Origin: a virus
Taxonomy: Duplodnaviria > Caudoviricetes
DNA: 55,792 nt
Direction: 5' to 3' (one strand)
Virus record (IMG/VR): IMGVR_UViG_3300048592_000081
Location: 1 to 55,792 of that record
The position numbers and the translations under genes are program-made. The notes beneath the pieces are model-generated. The model was not told where the DNA came from. It was given only the letters and a program-made list of their open reading frames with translations, and searched no databases. Positions 19,036 to 28,900 of this stretch are shown here, one piece after another; positions within the stretch are counted from its first letter, which is position 1, and the number at the start of each line of letters is the position of its first letter.

Positions 19036-19551
19036 CTACGAGGTAATCCGAGCGAGCCCCACTTGCACAGGGAGATAGAAAAAGCTCCTGCTCGAAACGT
19101 TCTCGGTCGGCGGCCGAACAATGCCGGCGCCAGCCTCGAATGACGTGATCAGCCCGCCGAGAAGGAAATGCTCGGGGTACTTTCCGCCGCCGTCGCTCGT
19201 TCGACGACGGTTCACTCGGTCGAGCCGCTGCTCGACGTCATCGAGCAGGCTGTAAACAGGATCGGACGGATTGATCTTGTCGTCCGGGCACCAACCCTGG
19301 ATCAGCAGCGACCATTGCTCGCGTCGCGCTTCCGATTCACTGCCGTAGACCGATGGCCCGGGACGCGGCGATTCGAGGATCGAGAGCATCGTCGCCGGGT
19401 CGCTGTCGCTGAAGCGAGCACGGCCGCGGAACACCAAGCCGTCGAGCGTCGCAGGAAGTGCAGGCGTCACGCCGGCAATCGGCGTTAGCGTTGTGCCTTC
19501 CAAGAGCGTCGTCAACGCCTTGAGGACTTGCAGGCGATAGGAGTCAGCCAC
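19036..19551 (-). CDS. tail terminator/completion protein
   Basis: VFRGR, LSILE, QGW motifs; position just before the tail tube. Confidence 0.75.
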   Translation of the reverse strand: MADSYRLQVLKALTTLLEGTTLTPIAGVTPALPATLDGLVFRGRARFSDSDPATMLSILESPRPGPSVYGSESEARREQWSLLIQGWCPDDKINPSDPVYSLLDDVEQRLDRVNRRRTSDGGGKYPEHFLLGGLITSFEAGAGIVRPPTENVSSRSFFYLPVQVGLARITS

Positions 19552-20155
19552 GGCGGCTCAACCTGTCGAATTGACGAGTGAAATTCTGGAACAGTCGATC
19601 CTGGATCTCGGTCGTGCGGTCAGTGATGACGCCCGTCATGACCTGATCGACGGACGGACCATAGAGAAGCCAGATCGGCAGCAATGTCTTGCCGCTGTTC
19701 TGCGTCAACTGCACAGGCTTGTAGGCCTTCTCGGGCCGCTGGCCTTCAGGAAGGCGAATAGCGAGACCGATGTTGTTGTTCCGCAGTTCGATCAAGAAGG
19801 CTCGACGCAACGAGACACGCTGCCCTCCGCGCACGCGCACGATGATCTGCTTACCTCGCGTGTTCTCGCGTGTCGCGCCTTCGGCGAACCGGGCCAGCGA
19901 CGTCGGACGATCACGGCCGACGATCGAACCTTCGAGCCTCGTGCGAGAAGCCCGCTTGCCGATGCCGTATCGGTTGCCCTTCAGATAGCCGCGAGGGAAG
20001 TTGATCTCGACTTCCATCTGGCGACGCACCGCCACTTCCTCGTCACGGAGGGTGTCGTTGACTGCGAAGAACGCAGCGTCTGTCGCAAGATCAGGCAGCG
20101 CGTCGAAATACCGACGCGCATCCTTCAGACCATCGACGACGAACGCTACGCTCAT
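19544..20155 (-). CDS. neck/tail completion protein (gpZ-like)
   Basis: Arg-rich; GRDRPTSLARF and LYGPSVDQV motifs. Confidence 0.75.
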   Translation of the reverse strand: MSVAFVVDGLKDARRYFDALPDLATDAAFFAVNDTLRDEEVAVRRQMEVEINFPRGYLKGNRYGIGKRASRTRLEGSIVGRDRPTSLARFAEGATRENTRGKQIIVRVRGGQRVSLRRAFLIELRNNNIGLAIRLPEGQRPEKAYKPVQLTQNSGKTLLPIWLLYGPSVDQVMTGVITDRTTEIQDRLFQNFTRQFDRLSRRG

Positions 20156-20511
20156 TTCCGAGTCACAACCCAGGCTTCTTCGAGTGGCCCGGTGGCCGGT
20201 TCCTTGTAGTCAAGGATGAACTCGACACCGGGATGCAACTCGGGAATGGTGAAGACCCCACCCCGCTTGGTCGTGAACTCAAAGCCGTCCACGTCCTCGG
20301 GAATGAAGACGATTCGATCAACACCCTCGACGATCTCCGCGTAGCCGCCCTCTGCGAGATCCCCGTAGGGCCTACTGATGCGGTTGTGCCAGCGGACTCG
20401 GGTCTCGACGGGAGTGCTGATCGAATCATCCAAGTAGAACGCCTGCACGCCGAGCGTCGTGTTGACCGCTCGACGTGCCGTGGCCTTCGCCTCTGCGAAG
20501 TTGAAGGTCAC
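20152..20511 (-). CDS. head-tail joining protein (FII-like)
   Basis: Position and size; GTG overlaps the upstream stop. Confidence 0.7.
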   Translation of the reverse strand: MTFNFAEAKATARRAVNTTLGVQAFYLDDSISTPVETRVRWHNRISRPYGDLAEGGYAEIVEGVDRIVFIPEDVDGFEFTTKRGGVFTIPELHPGVEFILDYKEPATGPLEEAWVVTRK

Positions 20512-20732
20512 AGGTCTTCCTTGACCTCGGACTTCTTGACCTTCGTCGCAGACTTCTTGTCTTCGACGACGGTCATGTCAGCCGGGACGGTAGCGATGTT
20601 CGTCACGCTGCCGACGCGCTCGAAACGCTCGGCTTCTTCTTCGGTGAACTCGAACGGCATGCCGAGTTCCGGCCAAATGCGCTTGCCGTCGCGGCGAACG
20701 CTGACGGACACCACAGGGACTCGCTTGATCAT
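20508..20732 (-). CDS. small head-associated protein
   Basis: AAGGAG SD; follows the capsid gene. Confidence 0.7.
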   Translation of the reverse strand: MIKRVPVVSVSVRRDGKRIWPELGMPFEFTEEEAERFERVGSVTNIATVPADMTVVEDKKSATKVKKSEVKEDL

Positions 20733-20753
20733 CAGGGGCTCCTTGAGAGGAAT

Positions 20754-20781
20754 GGGGGAGGGGTGTCAGACCCCTCCCTCC
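20754..20781 (-). terminator. possible terminator/stabilising hairpin after the capsid gene
   Basis: GGAGGGG-TCTGACA-CCCCTCC stem; poor U-tract. Confidence 0.45.
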
Positions 20782-20798
20782 GTGTCGCCGTCAGGTCG

Positions 20799-21848
20799 TC
20801 AGACCGTCAGGATCTTGAAGCTCGCGTTCGGCTTCTTCGGGACCATCAGCGGCGCCGATTGCGTCATCAGGTACTCCACGCTCGGGTCTTCCTGCTGCCA
20901 CATCTTCGGGAACCGCTCCATCGCCACGAGACCGGCGCGGAAGTCCTTGATGGCGCCGAAGCAACGCACGCCTTCCACGTCGCTGACACCGACCACGGTG
21001 TCTTGATCCAGGAAGAACTGCTCGGCGCCGTTCTCGTCAACGTACTTCGAGCGGTCGATCCACAGTTCGATCTGACCGCCGCCGAACACGCCACCGTAGG
21101 TGCCCATGTACTCCTGGCCCTCGAAGCCGTCGTAGGCCCGCTGGATGTTGACGTTCAGGCCACCGTAGTTGCGGTCCTGCAGTGCCTTCAGGTCGACCCG
21201 CGCCGCGAAGTTGGTCCAGGCGTTGCCGCCGAAGATCACGCGACGAATGACGGCACCCGAGCGGTTGTGCGCGTTGATGCGCGCCACGCGGATGTCGTCG
21301 AGCGGATCGGCCGTGCCCTGATCCCACGCATCCGCGCCGCCGCCCACGTCGTAGGACAGCGATGCATGGCGCTGGAACGCCACCGTGGTCGTCGGGTAGT
21401 CGTCGCTCGCCAGCGTGACCGAGGCGTCGATGATCGCGCGAGCCGCCAGCCACTCGTAGCGGTTGGTCAGCAGCGCGTCATGCAAACGCAGGATCTCGGC
21501 CACGGCGGCGTCGCGGCGTTGCCCCAGGCTCAGACTGCCGGCGCCCAGCGCTTCACCCGCACGACGCTCGATGACCATGTTCGGGTCGACGGCGTGCTTG
21601 GGCTTGACGTAGGCCGGCTTGAAGGACAGCGACGAGTAGCCGCCCATCCCCATCACCTTGCCTTGGACGTTCGGCACCACCAGCGGCGCAAGCCGACGGT
21701 AGTCCTGATCCACCTTGTCGAAGAAGATTTCTTCGGTGTCGAAGTTGATCTGGCGCGGGAAGAACTGCAGCCAGAACGGAGTGATCGACTTGATGTGGCG
21801 CGTGACTTCCAGAAGTTGCGCCGTGCTGTACGGGCTGTTGAATGCCAT
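20799..21848 (-). CDS. major capsid protein (lambda gpE family)
   Basis: F...FF, LAP.V.P, FKPAYVKPK, E.LMTQSAPL.VP..PN motifs. Confidence 0.95.
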   Translation of the reverse strand: MAFNSPYSTAQLLEVTRHIKSITPFWLQFFPRQINFDTEEIFFDKVDQDYRRLAPLVVPNVQGKVMGMGGYSSLSFKPAYVKPKHAVDPNMVIERRAGEALGAGSLSLGQRRDAAVAEILRLHDALLTNRYEWLAARAIIDASVTLASDDYPTTTVAFQRHASLSYDVGGGADAWDQGTADPLDDIRVARINAHNRSGAVIRRVIFGGNAWTNFAARVDLKALQDRNYGGLNVNIQRAYDGFEGQEYMGTYGGVFGGGQIELWIDRSKYVDENGAEQFFLDQDTVVGVSDVEGVRCFGAIKDFRAGLVAMERFPKMWQQEDPSVEYLMTQSAPLMVPKKPNASFKILTV

Positions 21849-21881
21849 GATTCAGTCCTCTCGATCTTGTGGTTGCTGGGC

Positions 21882-22277
21882 TCAGACCGCGGCCCAGCCG
21901 CCGCCGACCTTGCCGACGCGGAACAGACCGTTGAAAAACGCCTGACGCTCGGCGAAGGTGTCCATCGCGGCCACGGCGTAGAGCGTGGCGTTGCCGGCGA
22001 TGCCCGCCAGAAGGTCGTCGTTGAAGACCCCCTGATAGGCGTACTGGCAAGTGCCGCCGCTCGTGCAGTCCTGCATCACCAGGACGGCCTGTGCCGCAGT
22101 GTGCGTGCCGGAGACGAAAACCACCACGCCGGCCGACGTGCGGGCGCCGATGGTGTACTTGCCCATCGTGGCACCGGCAGCAGCGCTCGCCGTCTTGATG
22201 GGGAGATCGCCCGCGAGCAGTTCCTGCGGAACGAGCGGGCCGTAGGTCGTGACGCCTGCGAGATCGTTGACAGCCAT
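21882..22277 (-). CDS. head decoration protein (gpD-like)
   Basis: Between protease and capsid genes; L.AGD...Y..G.FN motif. Confidence 0.8.
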   Translation of the reverse strand: MAVNDLAGVTTYGPLVPQELLAGDLPIKTASAAAGATMGKYTIGARTSAGVVVFVSGTHTAAQAVLVMQDCTSGGTCQYAYQGVFNDDLLAGIAGNATLYAVAAMDTFAERQAFFNGLFRVGKVGGGWAAV

Positions 22278-22305
22278 ATCGGCTCTCCTTCAGTGGTTCG
22301 GTTGA

Positions 22306-22698
22306 TCAGTGCTTCTTGGCCGACTCGAAGCCGCGCACGCCAGCCATGCGCGCGGCGGCAAGGATGCCCGCAGCAGCGTTGTCGCCCGCGTTGTCGGTCC
22401 CGGTGGCGGCATCGGCGCCGACGTTCGGGTGTTCGCCGTTGTCCATCGCCTCCTTGAAGGCACTGGTGCCTGCGGCGTCCTGCTTCGGGGAGACGGCGAG
22501 GATCGCCTTGGCCTCATCGACGGACATCGAGGTGTTGAACGCCAGATGGGAAGCCAGTTGCTCGCGCCCCTTGGCCTCGTCACAGGTCTGAATGCCGGAC
22601 ACGCGGGCGCGCTCGGCCTTCACGGCATCGGCTTGCGCCTGCGCCAGTTGTTCCGGGGTGGCCTGAGTGTTGGCGCCCGGCTTCGTTGCATCGGACAT
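22306..22698 (-). CDS. nested in-frame scaffold protein (Nu3-like)
   Basis: AAGGAGG-ACGAA-ATG internal start; AERAR..GI..C.EAKGRE.LA scaffold motif. Confidence 0.75.
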   Translation of the reverse strand: MSDATKPGANTQATPEQLAQAQADAVKAERARVSGIQTCDEAKGREQLASHLAFNTSMSVDEAKAILAVSPKQDAAGTSAFKEAMDNGEHPNVGADAATGTDNAGDNAAAGILAAARMAGVRGFESAKKH

Positions 22699-23598
22699 TT
22701 CGTCCTCCTTCTTGCTGCGTTGCGGATTCGAGCCGGAAAGCTCGCCCAGGAAAGCCATCGCGGCCGACTGCGGCGTTGCGATGGAGTCGATCAGGCCGAG
22801 CGACAGTGCGTCGTCGGCGCGATACGTTCTTGCTTCGGTTGCCCGAACGGCCTTCTCATCCATGTCGCGCATGCCGGCGACGTGGGCGACAAATGCCCCG
22901 TAACTCTTGTCGATGGACTTCTGAATGTCGGCCTTGACCTCGGTCGACAGATCCTCGAAAGGATTGCCGTCGACCTTGTGCTTGCCGGCGTGAATGAACG
23001 TCACCTTGATCCCAGCCTCGTCCAGCCACTTCTCCATGCTGACGTGCATGGCGACGACACCGATGGAACCGACACCCCCGCTCGGAGTAACTGCAATCTG
23101 ATCAGCACCGGCCGCCAGTGCGTAACTCGCCGAGTAGGAGTTCGAGTCGACCACGGCGAGCGTGGGCTTGCCGTTGGCGAGTCGACGAATGTCGGCTGCG
23201 CACTCGAAGCAACCCGCAGCCTCGCCCCCGTAGCTGTTGTGGTCGTAGATGATCCCGAGGACATCAGGGTCAGCCGCAGCCATCGCGGTCTGCTGACGCA
23301 CGAAGTTGTAGCCGGTGACGAAGCCCCACGAATAGCCGAATCGGTTGATCAGCGTGCCGTGAACCGGAATGACCGCAATGCCCTGCGAGAAGGCGAAAGG
23401 CTTGGTCTGTGCCTGCGGTGCCATGCCGTATGCCGCACACAGGTCTGCTCGACGTGCCATGAAAGCCGCTTCGGCTTCCTCGTGCCGCGCGGCCGCGAGC
23501 ATCGAGAGGTCGTGAGCAAGACCGTTGTAGTGCGCGGCAACGGCCACTTCGCGCAGATTCATCCGCGTGAGTGCTGACCGTGCTGCGTGATCGCTCAT
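22306..23598 (-). CDS. S49 prohead protease with C-terminal scaffold (lambda gpC/Nu3-like)
   Basis: IPVHGTL, NSYGGE, SASYALA, GSIGV, AGKHKVDG motifs; likely start MSDHAAR at 23598. Confidence 0.93.
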   Translation of the reverse strand: MSDHAARSALTRMNLREVAVAAHYNGLAHDLSMLAAARHEEAEAAFMARRADLCAAYGMAPQAQTKPFAFSQGIAVIPVHGTLINRFGYSWGFVTGYNFVRQQTAMAAADPDVLGIIYDHNSYGGEAAGCFECAADIRRLANGKPTLAVVDSNSYSASYALAAGADQIAVTPSGGVGSIGVVAMHVSMEKWLDEAGIKVTFIHAGKHKVDGNPFEDLSTEVKADIQKSIDKSYGAFVAHVAGMRDMDEKAVRATEARTYRADDALSLGLIDSIATPQSAAMAFLGELSGSNPQRSKKEDEMSDATKPGANTQATPEQLAQAQADAVKAERARVSGIQTCDEAKGREQLASHLAFNTSMSVDEAKAILAVSPKQDAAGTSAFKEAMDNGEHPNVGADAATGTDNAGDNAAAGILAAARMAGVRGFESAKKH

Positions 23599-23668
23599 CT
23601 GAGCCCTTTCAGTTGATGCTGACATGAATTGTACCGATTGGCGAACATCGCTATGAAATCGCCAAGTT

Positions 23669-23974
23669 TCAACGGCCATTCAACTTGTCGGAGATGCGAT
23701 CGACCTTCGAGTCAACTCGCAAGACCAATGACTTGATCTCGGCATTCTGATTGCGGAGTTCCGCCTGCTGAGCTTCGAGAGTGGCGAGGCGTTCAGCCGT
23801 GCGCTGTTGCTCGACAGACTCGATTCGACGTTCGTGTTCGGTCAACGTCTTTTCTCGCACGCCGTCGCGTGTCCAGAACCACGCGAACTGAGCCAGCAGG
23901 AGAATGATCACTCCGATGTTGATGCCTTTGTCGATGTGCCAACGGTCGGAGTTCAAAAACCTTTCCGCTGCCAT
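23669..23974 (-). CDS. single-pass membrane protein with coiled coil (holin/XhlA-like?)
   Basis: GGAG SD and ATG 23974; INIGVIILLLAQFAWFW transmembrane segment followed by heptad repeats. Confidence 0.7.
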   Translation of the reverse strand: MAAERFLNSDRWHIDKGINIGVIILLLAQFAWFWTRDGVREKTLTEHERRIESVEQQRTAERLATLEAQQAELRNQNAEIKSLVLRVDSKVDRISDKLNGR

Positions 23975-24035
23975 CAACGAACTCCATTGGCGAGCGCCGG
24001 CAAGGCGACGTAGGTTGGAAGAAAAGGGAAGTTCA

Positions 24036-25637
24036 TCATGCTCCGGCTCCTTCTTCGTCTCGCATGGTCGCTTGAGCATCGTTTGTTCCCTCCTTGGTTG
24101 CGTCAAGACCAAACGCAAGATTCAAGGACTCCATCATTCGACGTTCACGCGACTGCTGCTTAAAGAGCCGGCGATAGTCTTCGCCAAGTCGTCCGGCTTC
24201 CTTCTCCCAAGTGCTCAAGCCACCCTTGATTCGCATCAGAGCGGCTTGCGTTTCCTTCAACTCATCGATCTGCCCGCGGCTCGCTCCGATCCAGTCGCAC
24301 GACATGAGCGCTTCGCGCATCACCGGGTCGTTGTAGAACGTGTCGAGCGTGAATCCGGGCGGCAGCGGGACATTCCCCGCGTTGATCTCTTCTTCGAGCC
24401 ACAGCGCGTAGATCATGCCGGCGAAGCGGTCTGCAACAACCTTCTTGCGGCCCTGCATGTACTTCCATGTCTGCCCCATGCTCGCGCGAGCCGACGAGTA
24501 GTTCGTCTTCGTGTAGTCGCGGGAGAACTCTTCGTAGGACAGGCCGAGCGCGGCCGAGGTGTGACGAAGCAACGATTCCTCGAAACCCGTGCCGACGCCA
24601 CCGGGCGTTCCCATCGGCTTGAGCGAGAGTTTCGTGCCGGGGAACAGGTGAGGCATCTTCACACCGTCAATGGCGATGTGATTCGACCCGCCGATGTATG
24701 CCTGCAGCGCGTTCATGTACTGCCCGAGCATGTCGGCAAAGCCGGTCTGCCCCGCGCCCATTGCGCCGAACACAGCCTCACGCGGCAGTTCAGACTCGAC
24801 CGCTGCTGCATAGGTCGCGTTGACCACGGCATTCTGCAGCGTGATCTCCTGGAACCGGCGCGTCATCCGCATCTGCTTGAGCACAGACACCATGTCGCTG
24901 ATGCCGCGCGACTGATCGGGTTGCAGTTGCTCGATGATGTGAATCACCTGACGGCGACCCCACGGCTTGCGAGCAGGAACCTCGCGCCACTGCAAGGCAG
25001 AGGGGTCCATCCACCAATCGGTCGGATGGGCCATCTGGATGTGGTACGCGATCGGCTCGCCGAAGATGTTCCGACGAATGCCTCGGCGCAAAAACTTGTC
25101 GTCAGGCAGGCCGTCACGGTTGGACAGCCGTGAAGGACTGACCATCTGGATCGCAGTGCTGAATGGGCGGCCACGCTGTCGCAGCCACTCGGCTGTCGCA
25201 AGAACTTCCCCCGTGAAGAGGAAGCCGCCGATGGCGAGACGGACAAGGCCGGTCAGCGTGTTCATCCGGCTCGCGTCGAGCCAGCATTCCGGGCTGTCCG
25301 CGATCAGGTTGAAGCGGGACTCGACTGCGACCTGAAACTCTTCACTCCAAGCCTCGTCGGTCCCGAGCAGTTCGTAATCAGGTTGTGCGTTCAGGCGGAA
25401 CTGAGCACCAACGATGCTGTCGCGGTGCGTGTGGATCGCGCCGGTCGCGTAGCCGTCGTTCTGAACCGAGTCCCGGCCTCGGGCGTCGGCTACTTCCTTG
25501 ACCGGGTTGATCTGCCGGTCGGGGCTGATGATGGGAGGCGTCCAGTTGAACGTCTCGCGTGAGGTGCGGTCGGCCCCTTCGAGCCCACCGCCGACAGCCT
25601 TCTCGGCGATCGGCAGGATGTCGAGACTGAGTTGCAT
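24036..25637 (-). CDS. portal protein (lambda family)
   Basis: R.RD..QND.YA, Q.RG.S, G.SYE..S.DY..TNYSS.RA, IDE.KE motifs. Confidence 0.95.
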   Translation of the reverse strand: MQLSLDILPIAEKAVGGGLEGADRTSRETFNWTPPIISPDRQINPVKEVADARGRDSVQNDGYATGAIHTHRDSIVGAQFRLNAQPDYELLGTDEAWSEEFQVAVESRFNLIADSPECWLDASRMNTLTGLVRLAIGGFLFTGEVLATAEWLRQRGRPFSTAIQMVSPSRLSNRDGLPDDKFLRRGIRRNIFGEPIAYHIQMAHPTDWWMDPSALQWREVPARKPWGRRQVIHIIEQLQPDQSRGISDMVSVLKQMRMTRRFQEITLQNAVVNATYAAAVESELPREAVFGAMGAGQTGFADMLGQYMNALQAYIGGSNHIAIDGVKMPHLFPGTKLSLKPMGTPGGVGTGFEESLLRHTSAALGLSYEEFSRDYTKTNYSSARASMGQTWKYMQGRKKVVADRFAGMIYALWLEEEINAGNVPLPPGFTLDTFYNDPVMREALMSCDWIGASRGQIDELKETQAALMRIKGGLSTWEKEAGRLGEDYRRLFKQQSRERRMMESLNLAFGLDATKEGTNDAQATMRDEEGAGA

Positions 25638-25642
25638 GTCAG

Positions 25643-25885
25643 TCAGAAGGTGAAGTGTGCCGGGTGGAAGTTCGAGTTCGCAGTCGGTGACGTGCCGCAG
25701 GCAACCGAAAGTTGCGATTCGAGCATCTGGATGTAACTGTAGAGCCGGCTTGCGTTGGCAGCAGCAAATTCGACACGTTCGCCGCTGATGTCAACGACAA
25801 CGCGGGGTGAGGTGCCGGTCACCAAGGCGTGATACGCCTTACGTGCTTCTGTCAGAAGCGTCTGCGTGGCAATGATGGCTGGCAT
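25643..25885 (-). CDS. head completion protein gpW-like
   Basis: L.EAR.AYH.L.TG...GERVEF...L..YI..LE motif between TerL and portal. Confidence 0.9.
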   Translation of the reverse strand: MPAIIATQTLLTEARKAYHALVTGTSPRVVVDISGERVEFAAANASRLYSYIQMLESQLSVACGTSPTANSNFHPAHFTF

Positions 25886-25934
25886 TTGAATTGCCTTTCA
25901 AATAAAACCTTGCCCGGCTACGAAGGCCCCCGCT

Positions 25935-28900
25935 TCAGGCGAGCGCTTTCCCGAATTGGGCGAAATCGTAGGAGGATTTTAGCGAGTTCGCAAACGGCAC
26001 CTCTTTTTCAGGCTCTCGAACGAAGTCGTTCTTGTCCCACTCTGCAGCCCAGCCGGGCGGGTCTGCCCAATTCAGGTTCTCGACTCGCAGCAGTTCGGAC
26101 ACGCACAAGCCGATGCAGTAGTAGGACAAGTCCCATGCCTCGTTCCGCAGCCCAGCGGTGTTCTGCCAACCCTTGTCGGTGCGGGTCTCGGCGCAAAGCT
26201 CGGCGAACCATGAATCACTCATCCAGTCGGGGAAGCGGTACATCCCCTTACCCGGTTCAAGACAGTCGAGCCGACCATCGAGGTCGTCCTTGATCAAGTT
26301 CGAGTTGAGCATCAGCAACGGAATGTCGCCTCGCGCGCCCGACTTCATGTCCTTGCGCTGACTGTCAGGGTAGGTGATGCGGGTACGAGGATGGTTCGGC
26401 AGCGTGTCACCCTTCAGGAGAATGAAGCGACGATGCTTGTTGTCCTCTCGCAACTTGCGGTAGTACGAATAAGCCATTGAAGTCACGCCGGATCGACCGC
26501 CCGAGTCGCAACCGACGAATCGGATGCTCATGAGACGCCCCGACCCGTCGTCGAGTTCATATTCCTTCTCGATGACGTGTTCGGTGATCTCGTCCCAATC
26601 CTCAAGGTAGGTGTTCGGCTTCACCCACAGATGCTCACCGTCGTCATCGGTGCGCTTTGATTTCCGAATGTCGTAGCGATCCACAAGCACCATGTCAAAC
26701 TTGATGCCAGGAAGAATGCCGAAGACCTGTACGACGAACATATTCTTCTGAACGTCGATGACCGCCACGAGGAAGCGAACACCTTCCGGCACCTTGCGTT
26801 CGGCGAACTTCTCGGCTCGCGCCTTGAGCACTTCCGGCAATCGCGTGTCGTTCGCAGACTTCGGGTAGTAGGGCTCACCGAGGTCGTTGTTGTAGAACTT
26901 CTTTAACGCCTCTTCCGAGCCCGTGCGTTGGTACTCGTCGTTTGCGTTCAGGTAGTTCTCAACGAGGGCTCGCCACGACACGAACGCGGCGGCGACACCA
27001 CGAAGCCAAAAGGAAGCGATGCTCGTGCGAGGGGACGGCCCGAAGATCCGTCCATCCTTGTCGACCCCCTGGGTGTCCTTGACCCAAATGCCGAACATCT
27101 GCATGTCCTCCCGGTAGTCCGGGTGGATCTTCTCGCCGCAATGCGGGCAGACCATGCGAACCGTAGACGCCTTGTCCATGTTCGTCCCGGCAAGGTCGTT
27201 GTCCCATGTCAGGTGTGTGAACTTGCCCTCGAAGTATTGATCGCAGAACGGACAAGGCCAGAACCATCGGCGACGATCGCCGCGGTTGTAGAGCTTCAGG
27301 ATGCCTTCGCACGGAGGCGCCTCGTGTGGTGTCTGCGGAATCCACTTCGGGTTTGACACCTCGCGCGATGGCGACGACTCCGCGACCGTCATGGCGTATG
27401 AACCGAACGTCGTCGTTCGTTTCGACGCAAGGTCGAACGGCTCGCCGTCACCGTCGATGTCATCGGGCATGCGGTCGCGGTCGGTCAACACGATCCGGCC
27501 GATTGGTTTGCCTGCCAGTTGGCTCGGCGTCGGCCAGGAAAGTGTCAGCAGCATGCCCGACGTGTACTGTTTGTCGAATCGGTTGTCAGCGTCGGCAGTC
27601 GGCAGCAGCATCTCGCCCACTTCGGGCGTGTGGCGATGCAGTCGGTCAATACGACGGATGCCGAAGTCGCGCGCATCGAGCATCGTCGGACAAACCACCA
27701 TCATGTCCATCGGATCAACCTTGACCGAATAGAGAATGCCATTGATGATGAGCGAATCCGTGTTGTGGGTCGGGACCATCTGCCGTCCTGCCAAGAATAG
27801 ATGGCTCGGGGCGTCGACTTGAATGCAGCGAACCGGAACCGAATCGACAGGAGTTACGTTGACTATGCGGCGACGCCCTGTGTGTGTAGGTCGCTTTTTG
27901 ACTGTTCTGCTGCGCAACTTCAACATTTGCCGTTCAAGATTGAACGGTCTTTGCTCAGACGTAGGAGTCCAAGCGATCTTCCAGCTTTTCTGTCCTTGCT
28001 TCTTCTCACCTTTGTACGTGTAGGTTGGAACGCTCTCACGAACATGCGCCTTGATACCAAGGCCATTGCATAGTTGCAAATAACCGTCGCGCAAGCAGTC
28101 TTCGCTAGTTGAAAACTCAACAGTAATATTGTTTGCCACGCAACCATCGGTGTCATTCAACCCTCGAAGCAACTCCCATCTTTGTTCAATTGATGCGCGC
28201 TGATAAATCTGAGGAATGCGTTTGCTAACCGGCCATTCGGCGGTACTGAGAAGACCAATGCAATTTAAAGTTTTCCTAAACGTGTGAGTCAGTCTATTAG
28301 ATGGGTTCGGATCGATCGTCACCGTGTATGACGCCTGAGTCACGTCATGTTTTGATTCAACGACATAGCCTGCCGACTCAATTTTTTTCGTAATCGACGG
28401 CATATCCTCATCTCGTAGCGTGAGATAGTTTCCGTACGAATGTCCATCGCCGAGCCAAATGCCAAGCATGTACGGATCAATCGGAAGATCTATCTTCGGT
28501 AAGTCAAGAGCTTTTGCGTTTTTTATCGCGTATCTGTTCCTAATCTTGCGGTACTTGAAAGTCTTGGCAATTTCATCCGTGGTTAGAACACGAGCGCATT
28601 CACGAACGTCGTCGTCGCATAGCCATCGGTGTTCAGCATCGGCGACGATTGATGTCGCGTCGTCAAACACAACTCGATAGCACTGATGGTTGTGCATGAC
28701 CTCAGTTGCGAGTGTCACGCGAGTCGGCTTACCTTCGTCACTAAAAATGACATCCCCGACACGAAGATCTCCCATAGTCGTCCACCCTGACGGCGTAGCT
28801 ATCCGCGTTCTGATGTCGAGTGCTTTGGCCGACTGAGCTGGGCCGACGAAGATCATCCCCGTGTAGCGCCTTGAAATGAACGTGTCCATCGGCTCGACCA

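Noticed and set aside
20763-25133. Long plus-strand ORFs (564, 422 and 409 aa)
   Set aside because: Antisense to capsid, protease and portal; expected from GC-rich codon bias; no motifs.
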